A stretch of 64,000 nucleotides of DNA from Marsupella aquatica (lineage: Eukaryota; Plantae; Marchantiophyta), in assembly GCA_973895155.1 (NCBI GenBank), contig OZ316892.1, forward strand, positions 4,610,510-4,674,509, read 5' to 3'. The stretch's first letter is position 1. Every line of letters begins with the position of its first letter. Of the stretch, positions 51,601 to 64,000 are shown piece by piece. The position numbers and the translations under genes are program-made. Under the pieces are notes generated by a model that saw only the letters and a list, made by a program, of their open reading frames with translations, had not been told where the DNA came from and made no database searches.

Positions 51601-52028
51601 GTAGAACCAATCATAGACGTCTCTCTCTCCGGCGCATCAGGAGTGCGGGTATTTTCAGCAGGCCTAATAGACTTGTGCTCTTCTTCACCAGAGCTCTCCT
51701 TTCAATTTGTATCACGTTCAGATAGTGTCTTCATTGGCGGCAACGGTGATGGCTGCAGCGGTGATGGCTGTAGTTGTGATGGTTGTGTGACTCCGGTATT
51801 GCTGCTCCCATTGCATTCATTCACCCATCTCCTCAACTTCTTCCTGTGCACCCATGTCTTCATCCCCACACTATCAAAGAAAAGTTGCCAATCATCCCCA
51901 TCCATACAGAAGAAGCTTTCCCCAGTAAAATCCAACTCCTCAATTTTGGAAGTGTACATTGTCGATTCTAAACATCGATCAATGTTTTCACACAATTCCT
52001 TACACGTAAGCCTGCTCCATTCATGCAT
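48633..52028 (-). pseudogene. Multi-exon gene with an N-terminal SAM-like domain and acidic low-complexity region, probably TE-associated
   Basis: WSRLTCKELC...YTSKIEELDFTGESFFCMDGDD...GMKTWVHRKKL fits the SAM pattern. Several GT-AG-bounded exon-like ORFs follow downstream. Confidence 0.45.
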
Positions 52029-55000
52029 TGCAACTCTGTTTCAATCAACATCGATCAAGTGTAGGAAACTCTGAAGATCGACTTCACTCCAGGCGTACGC
52101 GTAGCAGAAATAGTGAAATACAGAGGGGGACTTAAAACGAAAAGGGAGTATTACACCAAGCGCACTCACTGCCTCTCTCGTTCATCGTTCGTTTGAATCG
52201 CCCGCCCGCGTGTGTTGAAGGTAAAGGCTACGGGTTCATAGTCCGTTTGAATCGCCCGCCCGCGCGTGTTCGAGGTAAAGGCTGCAAGGCAAGTAGTGCA
52301 TGCGTTGCCCGCCTCAAAGCTGGTCCTCGTTAGTTTTGAACTGACCGCCCTGGTCCAAATTAATAATGTCACTCTTCAAAATGAGATATATCCGCAGTCC
52401 ATTGCGTCAACCGCATCGCTGATTTTGTTTCTATCCAGCCGATTTAGGCCGGGGATTTAGGAGTTGTGGTCATGATTATACAGCTGGGAAATTTTCCCTC
52501 ACTCTACTATTCTAGGCCTAACTCAAAAGTCCACGCAGTTTGGATTACTATGACAAGTTAGGACAAGATACAAACTATTCCCATGGAGACTAGCGCAGCC
52601 TGCGCTTCGGGAAAGTAAAGCCGCCAGCTGCGATGACCTTCTGATCAATCAGAAGCCTATGTGGCAAATACCCTACATAGGATACCAAGAAGATAAGGCT
52701 GGCCTCAGTTTCCCTCCAGTTTCAGAGGGATCATTTCCGTGGGAACGATTCCAAAGGTACTAAAGAGTGGAGGTCATTGACCGTAGCTCACACCTCCCAC
52801 TCTAAGTGTTCGATCCTCCTCTGTGCGAGCTCAGACAACTTCAGAATAAGTTTTACACGTTCGCGCCCGATAACATCATCCAAAACGTGGAAGTCCACAG
52901 GCCACCTGCGGATCTTCGTACTACATGGGAGAATTCTCTGTCAAATCCCATGCCACCTTGTGCGATATCCTGTAATGTGTTTTGGATTTGGTAGAAATTA
53001 TTGGCAGCACTCGGAGTCAATTCTTTTGATTGCAATAGTTTTTGCTTATGATTTTAGTTTGAAATGTGCTCGCAGGTCAAATACAGGGTTCTCGTATACT
53101 TCAAAGCGAAAGCAGATCTTACCTTACCCTTTACCACCCACTTCTTCCTTAGCCCGGGCTTACTAGTAAATATCCTACAATACCATTTACGCATCCTTGA
53201 AACTCGTCATCGATTTCACCGATCCCAAGGCTGGCCAGCCACCCCCTGTACACCGATCCTTAGAAACCAACTAAACCATATATCTTCTTCGTGTCCGGTG
53301 CGCTCTGATCGATGGAACAGGTATGAATCTGGATGTTCAATGATACAGACTCCGCGATCTATTTTCATGCAACATGCATCATTAATTATATATGGTATGT
53401 GGAATGTTTTGCAGGCTACGCAGGTCATATGAAACAGGTAGAGCATTAATATCAGAGGAAGTGAAGAATGAATGAACTCGGATATTTAGAACATACCACA
53501 CTTTTTGAGTCTTTGAGATTACAGTTGAAGCAATATACATCATGAGCGCCATGTTGACAAAGGTGTTGTGGCATCGTCCGAGGCCGATGCCTGTTTTGTG
53601 GCAACCGCCCGGGTTGCCTTGTCAGGTAACCGGGTTGCCAGTATGCTGTCCACCCCCCCTTGCCAACCGGTATGCAGTGGTAAGTTGTCGCAAAAGATAA
53701 TTTTATGACCTATTTTACGCATATGGAAGTTGTCGTCTATTTTTTCATGATTACTTACTTCTTCATTGAGTTGCAGGCGTTGCCCCGGCCTTCAAAGTGC
53801 GAACTCCATTATTCAATTACACATATTACCCATCAATTCTCCATAAATATAATGAACACCTACTGGAACAAGAACACATCTGCCATAAATGTATTGTTTG
53901 GGGTCACGTTGTTTTTACGGTTGTCTGTATGCTTGTGTTTTTTTTCCCTTCCTGGTCGTTGGGATCGATGGAGCCGCGGATCCGCCCAATGAGTTTCAGG
54001 TGTTTCTCTGTTTTTTTGGTCTGTTGATGTCCGGAGATTGGGGAGGGGCCCTTACCCAATTCTCCGTGAACTATGATGACCCACTACATGATGTCGCTGC
54101 GATCCGCAAAAGCGCTATAGTGGCTGAGTTCTACTTGCTGTCCTGTATCAGAGTTTGAAGTTGGAAGTTTTCCTTGAGAAATTGCGCACAAATTGCAAAA
54201 TGAAAAATTGCCGAGACCCATTCATCGATTAAACACTAGCCGACCCATTCATCGATTAAACACCAGCCGATTAACACCCAATTACTTTCTGGTACGTTTT
54301 AACAAACGCATCGTGGACATCACAACCTTCATTTAACAGATGCAGGTCCGAGCCCCCCTTTATTGCACATTGAAAATAAGTCGACCATTCACATACATAC
54401 ATTCTGGTCCCACTTGCCCCACAAACCAAGCATACACGTTATGCCATATCAAACCAAAATGGCAGGTCATTGCATGGCCTGTAGGAACCTTACAAACTAA
54501 AAGACTCCTGCCCAAAATGCCAAACCGTCGTACATTGTGCTTGCATCTGGTCACATCAGATATGAGTTGCATCCAAACTATCAAGCAGGTCCTGCAATCT
54601 ACATCTAACAGAACTAAGCTGCGACGCCATGGCCGGGTCTGAAGCATTAATAGATGATCTTGAAGATTCTGCTATATGCCTCCCTCGTGCAGTATGATAA
54701 CTTGAAGGTACACTGTCCGTCTTCAACTTCGTCTTCCGTGGAGTGACAGAAGTAGGCACCACAGAATGCAACTGGTATAGAAACTTCCGCGGAAAATCAA
54801 TTGGAGCATCAAAATTGACCACAAAAACCCTCATCGATGGGAAGGTCCTCGTTTCTCCAGCATTGCAGCAGCCAACGACATCTTTAAGTGTGGCCATGTC
54901 TCTGAAAAGAGCCGCCCAGCAGAAATCCAAACAATAGTGGCGAAGGGCAGGCACTCAGCCGGGCGCAAGCACTACTCAGGAAGGGACGAATACCGATCTG

Positions 55001-55881
55001 CAATGGTTGCGAATCAAATGACAAGCCGGACTGCAGAACACTCGACAAATTGTGCAGAGGGGTCACTAGATAAGTAAATTATCGTGGGGCGCAAAGTGAA
55101 TGCAAGTAGAGGATCCAGAAGGGAGACCCGGAGTTTAGGGCCAAGTTTTGGGAGACGTTGATTTTACGGGGACGTTGACTCTACGGAAGCGGAGCTTTGG
55201 GAGACGTTCATTTTAGAGAGACGCGGAGTTTTTCTCTTGGGAGACATGCGGACACTTTGTGTACTTGGGCACATTTTAATGGAGTAAATATGCGGCAAAA
55301 TAAATCAAATAAAAAAAGACTTTGTCTCCTTCCGGTCTAAATTTCTCACCCTTCCCCTAACATAAATCTGAGTTTTCATTTTCTGAAGGCATTGGCTGAA
55401 CTTGTGGGAGCTTTCCTTACATACATTGAATCTTATAGAGGTTGCTATATGGCTGAACTTGTGATGAGGGGCCTAAAACAGGGCCCATATATAATAATGT
55501 CTACAATACTTTGTCAGTGCCATGTGCCACATGTTTCAAATGTTGGATCTAGGCCCTTATATTGCCAGTTATATGGACCATTGGCACACTTTATGTCACA
55601 TCATGATGACTTACAAGGGGAGAGTTTTTAACACATTTTCCTGCTTTTAAGGTGAAGTTATAAGGGTTTTTGAAGAGGAGGGACACAAAAGCATTGGGTG
55701 AGGCAGGGGTCATTTTGCTTTTTAAAACTCTATTTTGTTTTCTTTAGGGGGGGGGGGTCATCACGCACTTAGTATATATTATTACATAAATATGAGAAAC
55801 ATAAAAATAAGATTGGAAATGATTATCATTTCCTTGCCAAGTCCTGTGAAATGCGACCAAACATACAGCTAGGCAGGCGTA

Positions 55882-56155
55882 TTAATTAATTTAAGGATGA
55901 AACATGGAGGTAGCTCAGGGTGGGTGGGGGTGGGGGTCACTTCCACCCATTAAATGTTCACATCATGTGCAAATGATCGAAGTAAGGGGCCTTTTATGCA
56001 TTACCCTAACCCTAAACCGTAAGACTTGCGCACGTACATATATGCATGCATGCATATGTGGAAGGTTAATTAATTTAAGGATGAAGTATGGAGGTAGCTC
56101 AGGGTGGGTGGGGGTGCGGGTCACTTCCACAAATTAAATGTTCACATCATGTGCA
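55882..56155. repeat. Direct duplication of ~90 bp, 184 bp apart
   Basis: ttaattaatttaaggatgaa...ggaggtagctcagggtgggtgggg...gttcacatcatgtgca occurs twice. Confidence 0.85.
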
Positions 56156-58532
56156 CCAAAGTATGGGGCGTTTCAGTCATTATTAATTTGTAAGGAAGTG
56201 CTTAGAAGTAGGGATGAAGTAAGGGGGTAACAATTCAAAAAGTCCCACTTTTCATCACACAATTCATTGGTTGCCACATGTCAATAAATGATTGGTGGGT
56301 TTTGTGACCTTCCTATTCCTTTTTGAGAGAGTGATTAAATCAAACATGCATGTTCGCAGATGCATGTATAACAAGTTCCGTGATCCTAAGGTGAACTTGG
56401 GAGGTAGCTAGGTAGGTACCAATTGTCTCAGTCCCTTAACAATAGAACTTATAAAGCGCCAACTACAAGGTAGATCATGTGGATGAGAAAACTCATGACC
56501 AGTATGTCAAATAATAAGCATGTATGCCATTTGTCATGATTTATAGGTACTATCCTCTATTCATGTTTGTGCAAAGAACAGGTAATGAAGGCTAGCTAGT
56601 ATGATATGTCAATGGAAGGGTAATTTAAGGATTAATAATCCGTAATCTAAGGATTTTGAAGGTTGACCATCATTAACAAGTGTGACACTATATAAGAAGT
56701 GATCGAGAGTAAATACATGCCATTCTATATTCAAGTAAGTTAGATTACTTTTGGTGACAAGCAGATAGACTCTGAATTGATGTGTGTAACTTAACATTTT
56801 ACAAATGAAGCTCAATTACATTTCAAACTTTATTAAAGTTTGACGAATTGAAAAGCGGATTATGTACGTATTTATAAAATCAAAATCAAAGTAGAATCCC
56901 TCGGCCCTCCCTCTTTTGCTACATTAAGTGAACCCCCCTGAGAACAAACCCCCCCCCCCCCATGTATATCGTTTGATGCATTAAAAATGCCTTGTTATGC
57001 ATGTAAAAACATTACTTATCCTATCACATTAGATCCTTTTGTAAATTAGTACTAGAAAATTATTGTTCTTCCTGTGTTAATTTGTCTAAAACTCTGGTAG
57101 CTTATAGACTTCATGAAGGTAAACAAACTAGTACTAAAATGAATTAACAAAGGGAATATTAGGCTACACTATATCCCTAGAGGAATATTCCATAGTCTAC
57201 ATTACTTATTTAAACTTCAATATATTGCGCCATTACTCTATCTTCATTTAAGAAGCTAGGGGGTATCAACCAATGACCTATTTTCAAATGGTACATTGGG
57301 GGTCCTTAACCCCAAAACAAATTGACATGAGCACGTAAGATTGAGGCAGCAGGGTATTTCAGGGTCACACAATAATTAGTATGTGTGACACTAATCTTGT
57401 GACATTTGAGATGGCTGATGTCGTGGCCAGCCCCTATAACCAGCTGGTATGCATTTGGTGAACTGGAATGCCATTAAAAAGCTTGGATGACAATTCTATT
57501 TACATAGACCATATTGTAAGAAAGGATGGGTCGGATACAAAATAAATAAAGACCTAGACAGGGCCCAACAACAATTTCAATGTCCCAACAATAATAAAAA
57601 ACATGCACTTTGAACCAAAAATGTCAATAAACTCCCGGAGTAAGCTGCCCAAGAAAGAAAACCATACACATGAACTTCAAATTTGAATAGCATAAGCATG
57701 AATTCAACATGGTGAGTGACTGCCTTAGAGGGATTAGAGGCAGTGGCCCCGGGCTTGCAGGGTCAACGATAAGGTTTCCCACCTACTGTAGCACATTCGC
57801 TCACATGCAACAAGGACGTTTGAATGCTTTCCCGGAGTCATGAATGCCGTGGGCCCCACCTAATTATGCACAGTATTCAACATAATAATGAACTTCTCCA
57901 ATCATCCTTCCGACAATCCCACCGCGCACATCCACCTCCTGAGGAATTCTGAATCAACTTCGTTGCAATATTTTGTACACAGGAACGGCAGTGTGCACCA
58001 TGACGCCAGAACCGAAGGAACGATGCACCTGTCAGTACAAATGTTCGCGCTTACGGGATGGGTATGATTTTGTGAGCCCAAGGAATCGAAGACGACATGC
58101 AAACTATGACAAGACAGGCAGGGTCATTCCTGCAAAGTTTTTAGTGGACCGTGGGCATCTGGATGGCCATGGCCTATCGCATCAAGACGGTCATTCTGCC
58201 AACTTCTTAGGTAACAAGAAGCCTTAAAGGATGGGTCTAAGGCCTTAATTCCTTTTTCCAAAAAATTATGATTTGTAGAAATGTAGTCCTAAAACAGGCA
58301 ATAAAAGAAGCATATTTTTTTGACATTCACCCTTTGCATTTTAAACTAGAGTTTGCACCAATATTTGAGACAAAACATATTCAAAACCTGATTTTCATAA
58401 AATTGACCTCTCAAAACAAGTATAAATATCATAGTCTAGGCTCAAAGGCCATTGACATCTCAAAACTTGCAAGTAAAGTCTAGTTCTTTGTAGTTAAAAC
58501 AACCCTAAAAAGTCTTACAAAAATATCCTCAT

Positions 58533-59670
58533 CTAAGCATCTCTTGTTTCCTCAACACTTCCAACAACTCCTGAAGAGTCAAGTCCAATGATTTCCTCCT
58601 CTCCAACTCCTATCTCTAGTATTGGTAGAATGGTCTCTTGAACATCAACATCTGAATCCACCATGCCCTTGCCATCATCTTCCTCAATATTGTCCACCAG
58701 GTTTAGAATTCTCCCTTTCAAGACATTGCTCTGGCGCTCATCAATCTCTACAGCAACGCAATGTCTTCCTTGTGCCAAAGAGGAAGCAAATCCTGTGCCT
58801 GACCCTGAACAAATATCTAGCACCCAGTCTCCAACCTGGCTAAAATGAGTAACTTCCCAATCCAATAACATTCTTGGCTTTTGGTAGAAGTTCACCATCT
58901 TATTGTCCCCATTATGTTTCAACTTATTGGTCACAGCTGGACACACAACCACATTATTTCGAGACTCATTAGTCTCAAAATTGAAATGCTCCAAAGATCG
59001 TTTCCCATCCTGACTGTGAAAGCCAATGGTAAAACACTCCAAATTGCTGTTAAGCCTTGCACCTCCTGCATTCTTAACATTGTCTTTCACCCTGCAAAAT
59101 CCAAAACTTGCATTAAGGATTTGTTTAAAAATCCAACATCATGAAATCATGAACACCAAAAAAACTTATTCATCTTTTAAAAATTTTCTTACCAAATACA
59201 ATTCTGGAAACCGCCATTACACTCAGCTTTCAAGATAGTCTTGACAGCATCATACTGGTCAATACTATGATGAATGATAACTCGCCAAAGATTTGCCTTG
59301 GTGACAACCTTGAAACACTGAACCATCTTGGTAACCTCTTCCACACCCCATCCAACATTGTCTTCGTGAAGACAAGCAGTCATTCCAAACCCATATGGAA
59401 TATCTGCCAAAGCCAATGTGTAAGCTCGTGATGGGACTACCTCATGCAATTTCTGAGCATCGTGTGTGAAGATATCATAGTACACATCCCCAAACTGTGG
59501 ATGCTAAAAAGCATTAGGGTGGAGTTCACTTCCCTGGATCTCTCTGCAAGATGTCTTCATTGCCCACCAGTTCTGTGCTTGTGCAATATGCGCATTGAAC
59601 TTATCTGGGAAGGACTTCAACTCTTTGCCTTCTTCACTCTCTCCCTTCTTTTTCCGGGAGCTGCTATCTT
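58533..59670 (-). CDS. Beta-class N4-cytosine/N6-adenine DNA methyltransferase domain (two exons, one in-frame TAG at 59504-59506)
   Basis: LALADIPYG (motif IV), NCIW|VKDN...RLNSNLE, YQKPRMLL (motif X) and GDWVLDICSGSGTG...GRHCVAVEID (motif I/II). The intron tg|gtaaga...ttgcag|g at ~59094-59194 keeps the frame. Confidence 0.9.
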
Positions 59671-59741
59671 TCTGAAAAAAACATTTTCCGGGATGAGATT
59701 CCTACATACTTAAGAATAAATTTTGTAAAACAAATGCATAA

Positions 59742-61591
59742 TCAATCTCTGTCAAATAAACTTACCCAAGTCTGGAAGATAGGAACAAAATTCTTCAACA
59801 CATTATCAGTGCAGTGTTCTGGGTACTTGGTTTTGCAATTCTTCCAACTCTCTTCGTGAAGACAAGTAAGAAATGCTTTTTGCACTTGCATTTGGAATTT
59901 GTGCCGTTGAAATTCCTGTCCCATCTCTTGAAGAGATAGTTCCTTTGCCAAAACCCTTTGTAGCAGTGGACAGATCATGTCTGGATCTTTCAATGCCTGC
60001 ATGTGTCTCCACTCAGTCAACTTCATATCCTCACATAGCATTCTAGCATCTCCAGACTTGGACATCTTTTTCTTGGTCTTATCTCCTTTCTGTCCTTTTA
60101 TTTCACAATTCTCCCATCTATCAAAGATCTGTCGTATGAAAGACCAAACAATATCCTTTCGAAATGCCAACTGAAATAAATTATCATTGGCATTCAGAAC
60201 CTCAGAATCTTTACGTACACCCCAGTCCTTCAGATTGATTTCAGTGGCACACTCCTTCTTGAAATCAACATTTGATGATGATCCATTCTCTACAAATCGC
60301 ATGTGAATGTAATTCACTCTTTGGATGGTGCTCATCTGTTGACGAAATTCAGAGTCTATATTATGACTCCAAGCTAAGTTCCTTGCTTCCTGGATAGACA
60401 AGCCTGCAAAGATCCAAGACTGCACTCTCCTGTATGACTTGTTGTTGGGAAATTGTAATGCCAGGTCTGCCTTTGCACAAGCAGAATGATTTCCCCCAAT
60501 CACGTAATAGTGGTAATCATTCTTTTTTGAGAAATCAAAATCACCCCGAGTTGGGCACTCCTTGGGATCAACCAAGAGAACAAAAGGTGCTGCCAATGGA
60601 CTAGCTCCAGTTGCTTTCATCCTTGTGGTCAACTGTGTAAGAAAGTAAGGCTGGATATGCCTTACTTGGTACACTGGCAACTCCAAAGATTTCTCCCGGA
60701 CCGGTGGGTGAAGTTGTCCAATGTCAATTGTGATTGTCTCCTCTTGAACTCCACACCTCATCAAAATCCCTTCCTGGTAGACCACCCTAGCATCCATTGA
60801 CATAGATTGAGCCTTCTGCTCCAAATGAGTGGGGACTTTTTCCAACGTCTGCTTCTTGGATTTTGGTGAACTTGGTCCTGCACCTTGAGAACCCTCTGGT
60901 CCACGTTTCTTTGATGAAGTCCGAGTACCAACAGTGCCCTGTGCTGATCCTCCCGTCACGATTGTCCCCTCTTGCGATCTTGCAATCTGTGAACCACCAC
61001 CAGATATTGGAGATGTAACAACCATCTTTCTCGCCGGAACAGAACTCGGACGAGATCCAGAAGGAGCAAAAGAAGGACCAGACTTTGGTGGACGGGCATT
61101 GGCACTCTTCTCTGCTGCTTTTCGAAGAATCTCCCGAGACTTTCGAATTGCACTCTCTAATGTGCTGGCATGATGGTCAAACACATAACCAGCAATGAGC
61201 TGTGCAATATCATTGTAGCTTTCTTCTGCCGATAGATTCTTCACCTTCTCAATAATCATCTCAATATCATCAGCCAAGTAACAATGTGCAGCTCTTCCAG
61301 AAAATCTCTCAACGTCAACTGCAATCAGCGTAGACGTCTCCTTTGTTGTGATAAGCATATTGAGTACATCGCCTCCTCGTCGAAAGACATCAATCCGGCC
61401 ATAATTCACCCAACCAAGACCTCCAGAAGGCAAGGTCTCGTAGATGCACAACATCAAAAAAGGCTTCTTCCATGATTCTGTACCCAATGATATGGTCCAA
61501 GAAGAGTTTCCGAAATCTGTCAAAGGATGCTCAACAAAAATCGCGTCTAACACCTTCTCCTGTGATTTTGGTTCAACCATTTTGACTTCCT
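59742..61591 (-). CDS. ParB/Srx-like domain exon, spliced to the methyltransferase exons
   Basis: YQVRHIQ...PFVLLVDP...YYVIGGNHSACAK...IFAGLSIQEARNLAWSHN...MSTIQR. The donor tgg|gtaagt at ~59766 joins ttttcag|aaa at ~59671 in phase 0. Confidence 0.75.
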
Positions 61592-61999
61592 GAACTCAAG
61601 TCCAACATGATTGCAAAGTTAGTTGTGTTTCATTTTCAAGTTTAGTTGTCGAATTCAGGTTCATGATTTTATGAAGCAAGGTTCTTACCTTGACAGTGGA
61701 GTCAAAAGTTGAATTTGCAACACCCAAGCCTAGACGGCAATTCTCGCTCAGAACTGTGTCATTGGTATTTTTCTCCCGTATTTTGTCTTAATTAGCTTCT
61801 CCGCCACCTCCCTGGCCGATGCCCGAGCTGATCGATCCCTCCCAACTTAATGTCGTTCGTTCCTCTCTTGGTCCCGGCCCCAAAGGCCTCCCGATCATCT
61901 TTCCCCTTTAATTCTCATTTCTATTAAGTCCCCGTTCGGACTTAACTCTGTGCGCCTCCCGATTCGGACCTCTTCTTCCATCGAGGATGCTTGCTCCTC

Positions 62000-62360
62000 C
62001 CCCGACCTTCGACTACTGCTCCCCCCTGGCCCTTCGACACTTTCTCCTCCCCCAGCCTTCCACTATTTCTCCATCTCCCCCGGCCCACTATTTCTCTCCC
62101 CCAGCCTTCGACTATGTCTCTCCCCCAACCTTCGATAGTTGCTTCTCCCCGGGCCCTTCGACAATTTCTCCCCCCCGGCCTTCGACAATTTTCCGTCCCT
62201 CCCCTGGCCTTCGATGATTTCTCCTCCCTCTCTTGGCCTTTGTTGATTTCTCCTCCCTCCCCCGGCCTTTGACAATTTCACCTCCTTCCCCCGGCCTTCA
62301 ACAATTTTTGCTCCCTCCCCTGGCCTTCGCCAATTGCTTCCCCCCAGGCCGTTGACAATC
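62000..62360. repeat. Degenerate ~30-bp C-rich tandem repeat
   Basis: ccccggccttcgacaatttctcc variants, about 11 copies. Confidence 0.8.
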
Positions 62361-63492
62361 CCTCCCCAAAATTAATTGCCTGCTGCGCTCTTAACACTCT
62401 CCCGGGCGCAAACTCGCGAGCCAATTTTTGATCTTGCTGCCAAACTCCTAACCAAATTTCTTCCTCTGCCTTTCACGATTGATACTCCCTTCCACAAATT
62501 GATCTGCGCCTCAACAGTCAGGCTCTTCCATTCCACTCCGAGCTTCCATTCCATTGCGAGATTAGATAGTTGCACCAGATGTTGGTCTGCCCCCGATTCA
62601 GTGTGAAAATTTAGGGATTCAAACCAAGACTCAATTCAACTCCTGTTCAGACCACACCAATCACTAGGGGAAGAGCTTTCCACAGCACCAAGCCTCAGCC
62701 CACCATAGCTCTTTGCCGTGCCTCCTTTCCCTTCGCACTTTGCAGATGCACGCCCAGACTCCAAGCAGCTGACAGTCCAATTTTTCTGAAACTTAGCAAT
62801 TTCCAATTTTTGGGTTCATGAATTCATGAACCTTTCGCCACCTCCACTTCGGGAATTCCTGAAGGTGGGAACCCTTCATGAATTCATGAATGGGAATCAA
62901 GTATCATTTTGAAAGAATCTAGATAAAAGTCAAAATTTGTACCCAAAATAACCAATACAATGGGGAAAAGAAATACAAGTAAAAACCAAGAAAAGGCCTA
63001 AAATAGGGGTCATCTAAGACATTTTTGGTTCCAATTGAATAGTCTGCAAAAACTGGAAAGAAAACATGAAGTAAATTTGACCAATCCATTACTGATACAC
63101 TATCTTAAGATTTTGGCACCAAAACATATGCTTTAAGTAAAAATAATAATTTTGACACCTTTGCTCACAAAATTTCAGGAGAAGACTTCAGGAATGAATA
63201 ACGCAAGTCTCCAAGAACTCTAATGAGTATTAGAAACCTGAAAACATAAGTAAACCTGTGAGATTTGGAGAAATAATAAACTACTTTCTCATGAAAGATT
63301 TCTTTCCTTGTCACTAATTCCTAATGAATGGCGTGGCACATTTCTTAATTTTTTTGCTAATTAATTTTTTGAGTTCTTTCCAAAACCTATAAAAGGGGCT
63401 TCTTATTCATGACTCTATCTCATTTCAATTTTTCAGTTTGAGTCAATTTGGTATTTTGGGTGTTCCCTTGTGATTTTGGTTCAATTTTTGAA

Positions 63493-64000
63493 ATGGCAGC
63501 CTGTTATGAGTCGGACGATTATTCGGATGGTATTTCGGATGATGTTTCCTTCCCGGATTGTCCTTGTACTGTTACTTCCCCAGATGCCCCTAGCAAAACC
63601 ACTATTTTGGAGATGCCTCCCCCAACTCCAATGAGTAAGTTGAAAGTCAAGGCTCTTAGTGTACCAAATAGTAAGCAAAAATTATTTGGTCCTAGTGTGA
63701 GTGAGCACTCTGAGTCTTCGGACTCATCTGAGAGTACAAGTCCCCCTGGCCGTCAAGTATTATCAAATCCTTCTCAAACTCGAGGTAAATTTGGTGTGCG
63801 TCCTGTTGGCCCTCAACATAGTGGAGAGCTGAAAAAAAGGACTCATGAATTCATGAAGGCCAGATCTGGAGATGTGCCAAAAAGGCCCAGTCAAAGCCCA
63901 AAAGTGGATTTTTGTGCACTGCGGGAAAGTCGTGGTGTGCAACATGCACCAATGAAAGAGAGTGAGTATTCTCGTCCTACATCTTTCAGATTTCAAGAAG
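63493..64000 (+). CDS. ORF running off the window edge, divergent from the ParB-MTase gene
   Basis: ATG at 63493 (MAACYESDDYSDGISDD...) is open for 169 codons to 64000. It is S/P-rich with no domain visible yet. Confidence 0.5.
   Translation, partial: MAACYESDDYSDGISDDVSFPDCPCTVTSPDAPSKTTILEMPPPTPMSKLKVKALSVPNSKQKLFGPSVSEHSESSDSSESTSPPGRQVLSNPSQTRGKFGVRPVGPQHSGELKKRTHEFMKARSGDVPKRPSQSPKVDFCALRESRGVQHAPMKESEYSRPTSFRFQE

Noticed and set aside
52100-58500. Numerous short ORFs
   Set aside because: No recognisable domains or consistent exon chain. This is probably decayed repeat sequence.
58533-61591. Bacterial or phage contamination explaining ParB-MTase
   Set aside because: The gene has frame-preserving spliceosomal introns and is contiguous with plant-type transposons.

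Overview
Eukaryotic, intron-containing, transposon-saturated DNA, most likely from a seed-free land plant such as a bryophyte. That host call is an inference from the F-box/kelch gene, the Met-tRNA PBS, telo-boxes and the retroelement types. After a disrupted F-box/kelch gene and gag/LTR relics, the window holds a nest of mobile elements. (1) A giant (~28 kb) element with a Sola1-like DDD transposase. Divergent from it lies a very large spliced gene: ParB-like domain, degenerate amino-methyltransferase, charged repeats, Ulp1 protease, and three NIF/FCP1-like HAD domains. It is interrupted by a Gypsy element and by a nested antisense ORF. (2) A copia-type LTR/PBS relic. (3) A PIF/Harbinger transposase split by a 9.7 kb P-element-like transposon with 15-bp TIRs, an 8-bp TSD and a PHD-finger cargo. 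(4) A second, divergent ParB-like gene fused to a near-intact beta-class N4C/N6A DNA methyltransferase. The main candidate novel system is a family of large plant DNA transposons encoding ParB-like/DNA amino-methyltransferase fusions. Each copy is studded, mostly in introns and satellite arrays, with its own 16-bp palindrome resembling a parS site. All domain calls come from motif recognition by eye. No database searches were run.
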